Shown: piece after piece, positions 9,326 through 19,551 of the stretch
How the letters are laid out: each line of letters starts with the position of its first letter
How positions within the stretch are numbered: position 1 is the stretch's first letter
From: Candidatus Binatia bacterium
GTDB taxonomy: Bacteria; Desulfobacterota; Binatia; UBA9968
Assembly: GCA_036504975.1 (NCBI GenBank)
Contig: DASXUF010000129.1
Span: forward strand, 1,888-65,887
Reading direction: 5' to 3'
DNA length: 64,000 nucleotides
The notes under the pieces: model-generated
What the model saw: the letters and a program-made list of their open reading frames with translations, nothing else
Told to the model about the DNA's origin: nothing
The model's database searches: none
Made by a program: the position numbers and the translations under genes

Positions 9326-10765
9326 TCAGCGCAAGGAAGAAAAAGCATTGAGGCTGAGGTCCAGCGCCGGCGCGGGAAAAACTCCCAGATAGATCGTTCC
9401 GAGCACCGCGACGGCGATCGCGAGATAGAGATACGGCGCGCGGGCGAACGATTTTCCTTCCGCCCCGCCCTCTTCCATGTACATCATCACGATCACACGA
9501 AGATAATAGACCACGGAGAGAAGGCTGTTGAGCGCGCCGATGATCGCGAGATCGACGTGGCCGGTGGTGACCGCGGAGCTGAAAAGATAAAATTTCCCGG
9601 TGAAGCCGCCGAGCGGCGGAAAGCCCGCGAGCGAGAGCATGAACAGCGCCATCGCCATGCCCAGAAACGGCCGCTTGAAGCCGAGCCCGGCGAAGTCGCC
9701 GTAGGCCTCGTTGTCTCTCGCGCCGTCCTTTAAAGCGATGAGCACGGCGAACGCGCCGAGCGTCATCGCCGCGTAACTCAGCAGATAAAAGAGCAGCGCC
9801 TGTCCGCCCGCCGCGCCGCCGGCCACCAGCGCGATGAGCAGGTACCCCGCGTGGGCGATGCTCGAGTAGGCGAGCATCCGCTTGACGCTCGACTGCGAGA
9901 TCGCGACGACGTTTCCCACGGTCATCGTGAGAATCGCCAGCGCCTTGACAGGCACCGTCCACTCGCCTTGCAGCGGCGACAATGAGTGGAGAAAGATCCG
10001 CGCCCAGCCGGCGAAAGCGGCGGCTTTGACCGCGACCGCCATGAAAGCCGTGATCGGAGTGGGCGCGCCTTCGTAGACGTCCGGCACCCAGAAATGAAAC
10101 GGCACTGCGGCGACTTTAAACGCAAGGCCGATGAGCACGAGAAAAACGCCCGTGAGAAGCAACAGCGATGGCTGACCTCCATCCGGTTTCAGCGCCGAGG
10201 CGACGCGCGCGAGCTGCGTCGAGCCGGTCGTGCCGTAGATAAGCGCGATGCCGTAGAGCAGAAAGCCGGTGGCGAACGCGCCGATGAGAAAATATTTCAT
10301 CGCCGCCTCCGCCGCCTCGGCGCGCTCGCGCCATATCCCGGTCAGAACGTAGACGGCGATCGACATCGTCTCCAGGCCGAGAAAAAAGAGGATGAGATCG
10401 TTGGCCGCGGCCATGAGAATCATCCCGAACGCGGCGAGCAAGACGAGCACGTAGAATTCTCCCTCGCGAATCTCGGTTTCCCGCACGTATTGAACCGAAG
10501 AGAGAATCGTCAGCGCGGCGGCGCCGAGAAAAAACAGCGTGAAGAAAAACGCGAAACGATCGAGCAGGATGGTATTCTGAAACGCGCCTCCCTGGCCGTC
10601 GCGAAGAAAAACCGCCATCCCGCCCGCGATCGCGAGGCCGACGAGGCTGATCCAGACGAGAAGGCCCTTCTCCTTTTTAGGGACGAACAGGTCCAGGACC
10701 AGCGCCGCGAGCGCGGTCAAGAGCACTTCGGCCGACGGGAGAAGAGGCGTGAGGTTAGTTTCCAC
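9326..10765 (-). CDS. nuoN: NADH-quinone oxidoreductase subunit N (operon 1)
   Basis: 479-aa polytopic antiporter-like protein. It is the last gene of a syntenic nuo operon and overlaps the nuoM end by 11 nt. Confidence 0.9.
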   Translation of the reverse strand: METNLTPLLPSAEVLLTALAALVLDLFVPKKEKGLLVWISLVGLAIAGGMAVFLRDGQGGAFQNTILLDRFAFFFTLFFLGAAALTILSSVQYVRETEIREGEFYVLVLLAAFGMILMAAANDLILFFLGLETMSIAVYVLTGIWRERAEAAEAAMKYFLIGAFATGFLLYGIALIYGTTGSTQLARVASALKPDGGQPSLLLLTGVFLVLIGLAFKVAAVPFHFWVPDVYEGAPTPITAFMAVAVKAAAFAGWARIFLHSLSPLQGEWTVPVKALAILTMTVGNVVAISQSSVKRMLAYSSIAHAGYLLIALVAGGAAGGQALLFYLLSYAAMTLGAFAVLIALKDGARDNEAYGDFAGLGFKRPFLGMAMALFMLSLAGFPPLGGFTGKFYLFSSAVTTGHVDLAIIGALNSLLSVVYYLRVIVMMYMEEGGAEGKSFARAPYLYLAIAVAVLGTIYLGVFPAPALDLSLNAFSSLR

Positions 10766-12293
10766 GCGCGGCTTTCTCCTCCCAGACGGTCTCGCCTTGG
10801 ATCAGCGGGATAGCGAGCTTCTGGCTCTCGACTCTCTCGATGACCAGGCGAGCTGAGCTTTTCATCCGGCTTAAGAAAGGCTGGGGGTAGATGCCCATGA
10901 AAAAGATCAACGCTATGATCGGCGCCAACATGCAGATCTCTCGCGCGTTCATGTCTTCGAGCCTCTGGTTCTCCGGCCGCGCAAGAGGGCCGAAAACCAC
11001 GCGGCGAAACATCCACAGCATGGTGATCGCGCCGAGAACGACGCCGGTGGCGGCGATTGCCGTCCATATCGGGGCCGTTGCGAACGCGCCCAGCAGGATC
11101 AGAAACTCGCCGACGAAGCCGTTGAGCCCAGGAAGCCCGATGGAAGAAAGAGTGACCACGAGAAAAAACCCGGAGAAAATCGGGATCTGCTTCCACAAGC
11201 CGCCGAAGTCGTCGATCAGGCGCGTGTGCCGCCGGTCGTAGATCATGCCGACTATAAGAAACAAAGCGCCGGTGGAGAGACCGTGGTTGAGCATCTGGTA
11301 GACCGCACCTTCGATGCCTTGAAGGTTGAACGCGAACAGGCCCAGCATGACGAAGCCCAGATGACTCACCGACGAATAAGCGACGAGCTTTTTAAGGTCG
11401 TCCTGCATCATCGCGACCATGGCGCCGTAGACGATGCCGACGACCGCGAGCGCGACGACCCACGGCGCCGCGGAAAGCGCGGCCGCGGGAAACAACGGAA
11501 TCGCGAAGCGTAAAAAACCGTAAGTCCCCATCTTGAGGAGAACGCCGGCGAGAATGACCGAGCCGGCGGTCGGCGCCTCGACGTGCGCGTCGGGGAGCCA
11601 GGTGTGAAGCGGGAACAGCGGGACTTTGATGGCGAACGAAAGCGCGAAGGCGAGGAACAGCCACATCTGCTCGTCGTAGGGAAGATTGAGATTCGAGATG
11701 CGGAGGAGGTCGAAGGTCAGGCTCTGGGTCACCTGAAAATTCCGCGTCGCGAGAAAGATGATGCCGACCAGCATGAGCAGGCTCCCGGCCATCGTGTAAA
11801 TTACGAACTTGACCGCGGCGTAGATCCGGCGCTCGCCGCCCCAGACGCCGATCAAAAAATACATCGGCACCAGCATCACCTCCCAGAAGACGTAGAAGAG
11901 GAACAGATCGACGGCAACCAGGGCGCCGAGCATGCCGGTCTCGAGGAACAGCATGAAAAAGAGATACTCCTTAACTCTGTCGTGGATCGTCCAGGACGCC
12001 AGGATTGCGACCGGCGTGAGGAAAGCCGTGAGCAAAACGAGAAAAAGACTGAGGCCGTCGATGCCGACGGCGTACTCGATCCCATAGGCTGGAATCCAGC
12101 GAAGCCGCTCGACGAGCTGCATCGCGCCGGTATTCGGGTCGAAGCGCCAGAGAATCCACAGCGACTGGAGAAACGCGAGGAGGCTCACCCCCAGCGCGGC
12201 CTTGAACAGCGCCGAAGTTTGGCGCCGGGGAATAAAAAGCAGCGCCGCCGCCCCCAGCGTGGGAAGAAAAACCAGGAGGCTTAAATCTTTCAC
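10755..12293 (-). CDS. nuoM: NADH-quinone oxidoreductase subunit M (operon 1)
   Basis: 512-aa antiporter-like subunit in the position between nuoL and nuoN. Confidence 0.9.
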   Translation of the reverse strand: MKDLSLLVFLPTLGAAALLFIPRRQTSALFKAALGVSLLAFLQSLWILWRFDPNTGAMQLVERLRWIPAYGIEYAVGIDGLSLFLVLLTAFLTPVAILASWTIHDRVKEYLFFMLFLETGMLGALVAVDLFLFYVFWEVMLVPMYFLIGVWGGERRIYAAVKFVIYTMAGSLLMLVGIIFLATRNFQVTQSLTFDLLRISNLNLPYDEQMWLFLAFALSFAIKVPLFPLHTWLPDAHVEAPTAGSVILAGVLLKMGTYGFLRFAIPLFPAAALSAAPWVVALAVVGIVYGAMVAMMQDDLKKLVAYSSVSHLGFVMLGLFAFNLQGIEGAVYQMLNHGLSTGALFLIVGMIYDRRHTRLIDDFGGLWKQIPIFSGFFLVVTLSSIGLPGLNGFVGEFLILLGAFATAPIWTAIAATGVVLGAITMLWMFRRVVFGPLARPENQRLEDMNAREICMLAPIIALIFFMGIYPQPFLSRMKSSARLVIERVESQKLAIPLIQGETVWEEKAARGN

Positions 12294-12297
12294 CGCT

Positions 12298-14199
12298 TCA
12301 CCACCTCAAAAAATACGCGAAGATCAAAAGCGTTCCGGCCAGAAAGGCGAACAGGTAGTGTTGCACGTTGCCGCTCTGAAGCCGGCGCCACGAGAGGCTT
12401 CTCGCGCGCACGCTCGCGGCGACGCCGTTGACGATGCCGTCGATGAATCCGGGATCGAAGCGCCGCGCCAGCCAGTTGGACCACGCAGTGAAGGGCTGCA
12501 CGAAGAGCCGGTCGTAAAGTTCATCGACGTAGTATTTGTTACCGAGCCATCGATAGAGTGCGCCGGCGGCGATTCGCTCCGCGATCTTGCTGTCGCGGCC
12601 GTAGAGAAAGTACGCGACCAGGGCACCGAGCGCGCCTAATCCGACTGTGAGCGCCATCAGAAATAGTTCTTCGCTCAGCGCATGATGCTCCGCCGCTTTA
12701 GGCCCGCCGAACACCGGCTGCAGCCAATGATCCCACACGCCGCCCCACATAAACTCTGGCGTGGCCAGCCAGCCGGCGAAGATCGAGCCCAGCGCGAGGA
12801 CGATCAGCGGCGCGGTCATGACCCGCGGCGATTCATGAATATGAGATCGGGACGGCTCGGGCACGCGCGACGGGCCATGAAACACCATGAAGAACTGGCG
12901 GAACATGTAAAAAGCTGTCAGTCCCGCCGTGAGCCATGCCATCCCCCAAAGCGCGATCGACCGGCTCGCATAGACCTCCCACAGAATCCGGTCCTTGGAA
13001 AAAAACCCTGCCGTGAGCGGCGCGCCGGAAATCGCCAGGGCAGCGATCAGGTAAGTCCAGTAAGTGACCGGCAGATGGCGCCGGAGACCGCCCATCTTCC
13101 GCATATCTTGTTCTCCATCGAGCGCGTGGATGACGCTTCCCGATCCGAGAAACAGACAGGCCTTGAAAAAAGCGTGCGTGAAGAGATGGAACACGGCCGC
13201 GCTGAAGGCGCCGACGCCGACGGCGAGAAACATGTAACCCAATTGGCTGACCGTGGAATAGGCCAGCACGCGCTTGATGTCGTTTTGGGCAACGGCGATG
13301 GTCGCGGCAAAAATCGCCGTGAGGGCGCCGATGGCTGCGACGACGGCGAGCGTCTCGGGCGCCAGCGTGAAGAGAAAGTTGAGGCGCGCCGTCATGTAAA
13401 CGCCGGCGGTCACCATCGTCGCCGCGTGGATCAGCGCGCTGACGGGCGTAGGCCCTTGCATCGCGTCGGGGAGCCAGACATAGAGCGGGATCTGCGCCGA
13501 CTTGCCGGTCGCGCCGGTGAAGAAGAGCAAGGTGACGAGCGCCACGATCTCGGGCCTGAGGAGATGGGCCGCCTGGCGCAAGTCGGAGAAGTTAAGCGAC
13601 GGCACGCCGTGGCGGCTCATTTCCCAGAAGAGCAGCAGGAGGCCCAGGATAAAGCCGAAGTCGCCGATGCGGTTCACGATGAAGGCCTTGTTCCCGGCGA
13701 TCGTGTTGGTGTGGTCCCGGTACCAGAAGCCGATCAGGAGATACGAGCAGAGACCGACTCCTTCCCAGCCGACAAAGAGGACGAGCAGGTTGTCGGCCAG
13801 GACCAAGAGCGACATAAAAAAAACGAAGAGATTGAGATACGCGAAGTAGCGGATCATGCCTTCGTCGTGGGCCATGTAGCCCAACGAATAAACGTGGATG
13901 AGAAAACCGATCCCGGTGATGACGAGCAGCATGACCACGGTCAAGGGATCCGCCTGAAAAGAAAGGCTCGCTTTGAACGGCTCCGAATCGATCCAAGTAA
14001 AGACCGTATCGCGAAAGACCCCCGTCGGTGACAAAAGCAAGAAAACCTGGAGTGAAACGAGGAACGATAACGCCACGGCAGCGCAGGCGAGAAAGCCGGC
14101 GGATTTGCGGCCCAACCGCGCCCCGAAAAAGATATTGACCGCGGCGCCAAGCAGTGGAAAAAGCGGTATGTAACGAAGTAGAGTCAAAGTTGCCGTCAT
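12298..14199 (-). CDS. nuoL: NADH-quinone oxidoreductase subunit L (operon 1)
   Basis: 633 aa. It has an antiporter-like core plus the C-terminal extension expected for NuoL. Confidence 0.9.
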   Translation of the reverse strand: MTATLTLLRYIPLFPLLGAAVNIFFGARLGRKSAGFLACAAVALSFLVSLQVFLLLSPTGVFRDTVFTWIDSEPFKASLSFQADPLTVVMLLVITGIGFLIHVYSLGYMAHDEGMIRYFAYLNLFVFFMSLLVLADNLLVLFVGWEGVGLCSYLLIGFWYRDHTNTIAGNKAFIVNRIGDFGFILGLLLLFWEMSRHGVPSLNFSDLRQAAHLLRPEIVALVTLLFFTGATGKSAQIPLYVWLPDAMQGPTPVSALIHAATMVTAGVYMTARLNFLFTLAPETLAVVAAIGALTAIFAATIAVAQNDIKRVLAYSTVSQLGYMFLAVGVGAFSAAVFHLFTHAFFKACLFLGSGSVIHALDGEQDMRKMGGLRRHLPVTYWTYLIAALAISGAPLTAGFFSKDRILWEVYASRSIALWGMAWLTAGLTAFYMFRQFFMVFHGPSRVPEPSRSHIHESPRVMTAPLIVLALGSIFAGWLATPEFMWGGVWDHWLQPVFGGPKAAEHHALSEELFLMALTVGLGALGALVAYFLYGRDSKIAERIAAGALYRWLGNKYYVDELYDRLFVQPFTAWSNWLARRFDPGFIDGIVNGVAASVRARSLSWRRLQSGNVQHYLFAFLAGTLLIFAYFLRW

Positions 14200-14230
14200 T
14201 CCGGATCAATCCAAAATCTAAAATCCAAAA

Positions 14231-14254
14231 CCTGTCCTGAGCCCAGTCGAAGGA
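14231..14254. repeat. REP-a unit (CCTGTCCTGAGCCCAGTCGAAGGA) between nuoK1 and nuoL1
   Basis: It shares the CTGAGC..AG.CGAAGGA core with 48559..48581, 33518..33541 and the GIY-YIG flanking repeats. Confidence 0.6.
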
Positions 14255-14266
14255 TCCAAAATCGAT

Positions 14267-14569
14267 TTACCACCTGAGGAACTGCATGTCCTGGGGATCC
14301 AAGGTCTGGCGGTGGCGAAAGACCGAGATGATGATCGCGAGCCCCACCACCGCTTCCGCCGCCGCTACGGTCATCACGAAAAATACGATCACCTGTCCGT
14401 CCATCGAGCCGAGAAAGCGGGCGAAAGCGATGAACGTCAGATTGACGGCGTTCAGCATCAGCTCGATCGACATCAGTATGACGATGATGTTGCGCCGGAT
14501 GACGACGCCGGCGACGCCGATGACGAAGAGCACGGCGCTGAGCGCGAGATAGTAAGGCAACGGGACCAA
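14267..14569 (-). CDS. nuoK: NADH-quinone oxidoreductase subunit K (operon 1)
   Basis: The track ORF 14267..14800 is trimmed to the in-frame TTG at 14569, giving (M)[18 protein letters not shown]..., 100 aa. This is the usual NuoK length and N-terminus. The start lies 2 nt after the nuoJ stop. Confidence 0.85.
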   Translation of the reverse strand: MVPLPYYLALSAVLFVIGVAGVVIRRNIIVILMSIELMLNAVNLTFIAFARFLGSMDGQVIVFFVMTVAAAEAVVGLAIIISVFRHRQTLDPQDMQFLRW

Positions 14570-14571
14570 GA

Positions 14572-15054
14572 TCAGCTCGCTTTCTTCCCCAGCGTCACCG
14601 CGCCGATGATCGCGACCAGGAGGAGAACCGAGGCGATCTCGAAAGGCAGAGCGTAATCGGTGAAGAGGCTCCGGGCCAGCGCCTCCGGCGCGCCGAAGTT
14701 TCCGGCGACGGGCGACGGCTGGAAATCCGCCGGCCGGTAAAAAAACAGCGCGACCAGCTCCCAGAGGAGCGCCAGCGACGCGAGCGAGCCGGCGGTCCAC
14801 CAGACGGCCGGCCGCGGCTCCAGCGCCGCCGGATTCAGCAGCATGATGACGAAAAGAAAGAGAATCATGATCGCGCCGGCGTAGACCAGCACCTGCAGCG
14901 CGCCGACCATCGGGGCATCCAGCGTGATAAACAAAACGGAGACCAGGAAGAGCGTCGCCGCGAGCGCCATCGCGTTATGAACCACGTTGCGGCGAAAAAT
15001 GACGAGCAGAGAGAACACGACCGAAAGAACGGCGAGGATGAAAAAGAGGATCAT
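14572..15054 (-). CDS. nuoJ: NADH-quinone oxidoreductase subunit J (operon 1)
   Basis: 160-aa membrane protein consistent with NuoJ by synteny and sequence. Confidence 0.9.
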   Translation of the reverse strand: MILFFILAVLSVVFSLLVIFRRNVVHNAMALAATLFLVSVLFITLDAPMVGALQVLVYAGAIMILFLFVIMLLNPAALEPRPAVWWTAGSLASLALLWELVALFFYRPADFQPSPVAGNFGAPEALARSLFTDYALPFEIASVLLLVAIIGAVTLGKKAS

Positions 15055-15061
15055 CGCGCAC

Positions 15062-16171
15062 TCATGGATGAGAGGAAAATCCTTGCCGGAGCACGATCCA
15101 AACGGCGGTGACGACGAGGTTGACGGCCGCGACCGGCAGCATCATTTTCCAGCCGAGGCGCATCACCTGATCGTAGCGAAAGCGCGGCAGGCTCCAGCGC
15201 AGGAGAATCTGCAGCCAGCAGAAAAAGATCACTTTGACCGTGAAGGCGCCGACCTGGAGCAAGGTCACGCCGAGGGGAGCCAGGAGGAGCGTGCCGCCCC
15301 AGGGAAAATGAAAGCCGTCGCGCATGAGCCAGGGCACCTGCCAGCCGCCGAAAAAGAGCGTCGTGACGAGGCCCGCGGCCGTGACGATCTCGGCGAACTC
15401 GCCGGCGAAGAACATCAAAAACTTTCCGCCGGAATATTCCACGTGATAGCCGGCGACGAGCTCCGATTCGCCCTCGGGGATATCGAACGGTATGCGCTTG
15501 GTCTCGGCGACCGCCGCGGTAAAGAAGAGCAGGAACCCTACCGGCTGGAGAAAAATTCCCCAGGCCGGGAGCCACCCCCCCCAGAGGAGCCCGCCCTGCG
15601 CCCGCACCATCTCTTGCGGCTCGAGCGTGGCGTAGAACATCAGCACCCCCATGATCGAGAGGCCCATGGCGATCTCGTAGGAGATCATCTGCGCCGCGCC
15701 TCGCACGCCGCCGAGCAGCGAGAATTTGTTGTTCGAGGCCCACGCGCCGATGACGATGCCGTAAACGCCGAGCGAAGCCATGGCGAAGAGATAGAGGATG
15801 CCGATGTTCAAGTTCGCGACCTGCAGGTTGATCTCGCGGCCGCCGAGGATCAAGACGTCGCCGAACGGAATGACGGCGAACGTGACCAGCGCCGGAAAAA
15901 GCGCCAGACAGGGCGCCAGCGTGTGCAGCAGCTTGTCGCCGCGCGCCGGAATGAAATCTTCTTTGAAGAGGAATTTGATCGGATCGGCGATCAGCGTGTT
16001 GACCAGCCCCAGGCCGGCGAAGCCGAAGATCGAAGCGCGGTTGGCGCCGATGCGGTCCTGGATGAGGGCGCTGCCCTTGCGCTCGATCCAGCCTAGAATG
16101 CCGGCCAGATTGAGCACCATGAAGAGAACGAGAAAGGCCTTGGCCGCGATGATCCCGACATCGATGATCAT
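15062..16171 (-). CDS. nuoH: NADH-quinone oxidoreductase subunit H (operon 1)
   Basis: The 860-aa track ORF is trimmed to the ATG at 16171, giving MIIDVGIIAAKAF..., 369 aa. The ATGA overlaps the nuoG stop. The upstream extension is an out-of-frame shadow of nuoG. Confidence 0.9.
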   Translation of the reverse strand: MIIDVGIIAAKAFLVLFMVLNLAGILGWIERKGSALIQDRIGANRASIFGFAGLGLVNTLIADPIKFLFKEDFIPARGDKLLHTLAPCLALFPALVTFAVIPFGDVLILGGREINLQVANLNIGILYLFAMASLGVYGIVIGAWASNNKFSLLGGVRGAAQMISYEIAMGLSIMGVLMFYATLEPQEMVRAQGGLLWGGWLPAWGIFLQPVGFLLFFTAAVAETKRIPFDIPEGESELVAGYHVEYSGGKFLMFFAGEFAEIVTAAGLVTTLFFGGWQVPWLMRDGFHFPWGGTLLLAPLGVTLLQVGAFTVKVIFFCWLQILLRWSLPRFRYDQVMRLGWKMMLPVAAVNLVVTAVWIVLRQGFSSHP

Positions 16172-17748
16172 GGCTGTCGTGTTTCGAGTTGGAATCCCAA
16201 ATCGCCAATCTGATCGTAACTCAGGCCGCGATAAACGGGAATCGCCTGCGCGAGCGCCGCGAAGATTTCCGCGGGACCGGGATAGGGCGGCTTCTCTCCC
16301 ATCGCCGCCAGCAGCCGGGAAAAAATCTCCCAGTCCTGGAGCGCCCCGGAAGGCGGGACGAGCGCCGGGTTGACCTTCTGCACCCTGCCGCGGCGGTTCG
16401 TGTAGCTGCCTTCTTTCTCCGCGAAGTTCGTCGCGGGAAGAACCACGTGCGCGAGCTTCGCCGTCGGCGTGAGGCGCGTTTCCTGTACGACGAGGAAAGA
16501 GAGCTTCTCCAGAGCGCTTCTGATCTTCTGGCCGTCGCCGGGAAGCGTCGCCAGGTCCTCGCTGACGATATACGCGCCGCGAAAGCCGCCGCCGATCAGC
16601 CGGCCGGCGAGCGCATCGAAGCCGCCGTCCGAGCCGACGCCCATGTCGCTGGCGCCGCGAAAATTCGGCGAGCGATCCGGGCTCATGAGAACCTTCTCGA
16701 CTTCGGTGAGCGCCCTCTCCCGATAGAAAACCTCGATCGCGGCCTGCGAGAAAATTTTTCGCATCAAACGCCCGAAGAGAAACGCCTCTTCGTTCGTGTT
16801 CCGTCCGGAAAGCACGCCGGCGACCGGCGCCGCCGCGCCGAGACCCGCGATCACGGCCTGGAGCGCCGTCCTCCAATCGGTCGGCGCGAGGCCGCCCTCC
16901 TGCCGGATCAGCGGTGCGCTGATTCGTTCGCCTTCGGTCAAGGCATGAAAAGAATAGCGCCCCTCGTCGCACAGCCAATGACTGTTCACCGCTTCGTTGA
17001 TCCTCGGCTTGAAGCGCGCGATACGATTTTGGTAGGTCTCGACCGAGATATTGCAGCCGGTGCTGCAGCCGGGGCAGACGGACGGCGTTTTCTTGAGATA
17101 CCAGACCCTTACTTTGAAGCGGAAATCGCGGTCGGTGAGCGCGCCGACCGGGCAGACGTCCACGACGTTGACCGAGAGCGGGTTGTCCAAAATCTTTCCC
17201 GGGAACAGAGCGATCGTGGAATCGTCGCCGCGGTTCACTACCGTGAGCTCGTCGGTGTGCGTCACCTCCTGCAAAAAACGCACGCAACGGGTGCACTTGA
17301 TGCAGCGCTCGCCGTCGAAGACGACAAAGGGTCCGAAGATCTCGCGCTTGCGGTCGTGCTCTTTTCTCTCGTCGAACCGGCTTGGCGAGAGGTCGTGCTC
17401 CATATAATAGTCTTGCAGCCAGCATTCGCCCGCCTGGTCGCAGATCGGACAATCGAGCGGATGATTGATGAGCAGGAACTCCATCACCGCGCGGCGCGCT
17501 TCGAGAACTTTCGCACTCTCCGTCTTGACCGCCATGCCCTCGGCGACCTGCGTATTGCAGGCGATCTGGAGCTTGGGCATCTTCTCGATCTCCACCAGGC
17601 ACATGCGGCAGTTGCCCGCGATCGTGAGCTTGGGGTGATAGCAATAATGGGGAATGGCGATTCCCGCCTCGGCCGCCGCCTGGATGACGGTCTTGCCTTT
17701 CGTCGTCGCGATTTCCCGCCCGTCGATGGTGATTTTTACCGGGTCCAT
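16168..17748 (-). CDS. nuoG: NADH-quinone oxidoreductase subunit G (short, 526-aa form)
   Basis: N-terminal 2Fe-2S and 4Fe-4S cysteine motifs are present (CYHPKLTIAGNCRMC, HPLDCPICDQAGEC, CIKCTRCVRF, CPVGAL). Confidence 0.9.
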   Translation of the reverse strand: MDPVKITIDGREIATTKGKTVIQAAAEAGIAIPHYCYHPKLTIAGNCRMCLVEIEKMPKLQIACNTQVAEGMAVKTESAKVLEARRAVMEFLLINHPLDCPICDQAGECWLQDYYMEHDLSPSRFDERKEHDRKREIFGPFVVFDGERCIKCTRCVRFLQEVTHTDELTVVNRGDDSTIALFPGKILDNPLSVNVVDVCPVGALTDRDFRFKVRVWYLKKTPSVCPGCSTGCNISVETYQNRIARFKPRINEAVNSHWLCDEGRYSFHALTEGERISAPLIRQEGGLAPTDWRTALQAVIAGLGAAAPVAGVLSGRNTNEEAFLFGRLMRKIFSQAAIEVFYRERALTEVEKVLMSPDRSPNFRGASDMGVGSDGGFDALAGRLIGGGFRGAYIVSEDLATLPGDGQKIRSALEKLSFLVVQETRLTPTAKLAHVVLPATNFAEKEGSYTNRRGRVQKVNPALVPPSGALQDWEIFSRLLAAMGEKPPYPGPAEIFAALAQAIPVYRGLSYDQIGDLGFQLETRQP

Positions 17749-17752
17749 CGTC

Positions 17753-19024
17753 TCAGCTCGCTGAAACCGTGCATTTCTTTTGTGCGATGTGCGCGTCGAA
17801 TTCCGGGCGGAATTTTTTGATGAACGCGGCGGCCGGCATCGCCGCGGCGTCGCCGAAGGGGCAGATCGTGTTCCCCATGATATTGCCGCTGACGCTCAGG
17901 ATGAGCTCCAGATCGCCGGCTTTTCCCTCGCCGCGCTCGACGCGCCGGAAGATCTTTTCCATCCAGTGGCAGCCTTCGCGGCACGGGCTGCATTGGCCGC
18001 ACGATTCGTGGGCAAAAAAACGGGAAATGTTCCATGCCGACCTGACCATGCAGGTGGATTCGTCCATGACGATCACGCCGCCGGAGCCGAGGAGCGTGCC
18101 GGCGGCCTGGAACGACTCGTAGTCCATCGTGACGCCGTCCAACTCATCCGCGCGCAGCACCGGCATCGACGCGCCGCCGGGAATGACGCCCTTCAACTTT
18201 TTTCCGTTCGGCACGCCGCCGCAGTCCTCTTCGAGGAATTTTTTGAACGGATAACCCATGTCCACTTCGTAGACTCCGGGTTTTCTGATATGGCCGCTGA
18301 CGCTGAAGAGCTTGGTTCCCTTGCTTTTCTCCGTGCCGATCGCGGCGTACCTCGCGGCGCCCCGCTCGACGATCCAGGGAAGCGACGCCAGCGTCTCGAC
18401 GTTGTTGACGACGGTCGGGCAGCCGAAGAGACCGTGCGTCGCCGGAAACGGCGGCTTGACCTTGGGCCAGCCCTTGCCGCCTTCGAGCGAAGAGAGCAGT
18501 CCCGTCTCCTCGCCGCAGATATAGGCGCCCGCGCCGCGATGGAGGATCAGGTCGATGTCGTAGCCGGCGCCAAAAATATTTTTGCCCAGATATCCCGCCG
18601 CGACGGCTTCCTCGATCGCGCGCCCGAGCACTTTGGCGCCGAAGCTGAGCTCGCCGCGAATATAGATGAACGCCGTGTGCGATCGGATCGCGTAGGCGGC
18701 GATGATCGTGCCTTCGATGATTGAATGCGGATCCTTCTCGATCAAGAGACGGTCTTTGAACGTGCCGGGCTCGCTCTCGTCGGCGTTGCAGACGACGTAC
18801 TTCGGCTTGGGGCTGTCCTTGGGAACGAAGCCCCATTTCATCCCCGTGGGAAAGCCGGCCCCGCCGCGGCCGCGCAAACCCGAGGCTTTGATCTCATCGA
18901 TCAGCCGCTCGGGCGACATCTCGCGCACGACTTTCTCGAGCGCCCGGTAGCCGCCCCGCGAGCGATATGCGCCGATCGTGTGCGAGTCGGGCGCGTCGAC
19001 GTTGCGTAGAAGAATTTTCTCCAT
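17753..19024 (-). CDS. nuoF: NADH-quinone oxidoreductase subunit F
   Basis: 423 aa. It has the GRGGAGFPTGMKW NADH/FMN motif and the C-terminal SCGQCSPCREG 4Fe-4S motif. Confidence 0.95.
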   Translation of the reverse strand: MEKILLRNVDAPDSHTIGAYRSRGGYRALEKVVREMSPERLIDEIKASGLRGRGGAGFPTGMKWGFVPKDSPKPKYVVCNADESEPGTFKDRLLIEKDPHSIIEGTIIAAYAIRSHTAFIYIRGELSFGAKVLGRAIEEAVAAGYLGKNIFGAGYDIDLILHRGAGAYICGEETGLLSSLEGGKGWPKVKPPFPATHGLFGCPTVVNNVETLASLPWIVERGAARYAAIGTEKSKGTKLFSVSGHIRKPGVYEVDMGYPFKKFLEEDCGGVPNGKKLKGVIPGGASMPVLRADELDGVTMDYESFQAAGTLLGSGGVIVMDESTCMVRSAWNISRFFAHESCGQCSPCREGCHWMEKIFRRVERGEGKAGDLELILSVSGNIMGNTICPFGDAAAMPAAAFIKKFRPEFDAHIAQKKCTVSAS

Positions 19025-19028
19025 CGAG

Positions 19029-19502
19029 TTATTTCAGCCGGTCGAGAATCTCGCCCACGTTTTGCTCGCTCAGGTTCTCATAGTAGTCGTCGTTCACCTG
19101 CATCATCGGCGCGGTGCCGCACGAGGCGAGGCACTCGACTTCCGACAGCGTGAATCTCCCGTCCGCCGTCGTCTCTCCTAGTTCGATCCCGAGTTTAGCT
19201 TTGATCGCCGCCGTGATCCTTTCCGCCCCGGCGAGCGCGCAGGGGAGCGTCCGGCAGACCTGGGTGTGATGCCGGCCGATCGGCTTCATGTTGAGCATGG
19301 TATAGAAGGTGACGACGCCGTAGACCCGCGCCACCGGCACGTCCATGATCGCGGCGACGTATTCGATCGCCTCCGGACCGAGATAGCCGAACTCTTCCTG
19401 TGCGAGGTAGAGAACCGGCAGCATCGCCGCTTCCTTCTTCGGATAGCGGCCGACGATTGCGTCGAATTTTTTGTGCGTCTCGGGTGAAAATTCCAAAGCC
19501 AT
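19029..19502 (-). CDS. nuoE: NADH-quinone oxidoreductase subunit E
   Basis: 157-aa thioredoxin-like 2Fe-2S protein (CRTLPC...CLASCGTAPMM). Confidence 0.9.
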   Translation of the reverse strand: MALEFSPETHKKFDAIVGRYPKKEAAMLPVLYLAQEEFGYLGPEAIEYVAAIMDVPVARVYGVVTFYTMLNMKPIGRHHTQVCRTLPCALAGAERITAAIKAKLGIELGETTADGRFTLSEVECLASCGTAPMMQVNDDYYENLSEQNVGEILDRLK

Positions 19503-19513
19503 TTTTTCTAGAC

Positions 19514-19542
19514 GTAGGGGCGGGTTTCAAACCCGCCCCTAC
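19514..19542. repeat. REP-b palindrome GTAGGGGCGGGTT-TCA-AACCCGCCCCTAC between nuoD1 and nuoE
   Basis: A perfect 13-bp stem fills most of the 49-nt intercistronic gap. Confidence 0.75.
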
Positions 19543-19551
19543 CTTCGTTCT

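Noticed and set aside
15062-17644. 860-aa ORF suggesting a giant fused NuoH.
   Set aside because: Only the last 369 aa are NuoH-like. The N-terminal part overlaps nuoG out of frame. An ATG at 16171 overlaps the nuoG stop in the usual ATGA coupling.
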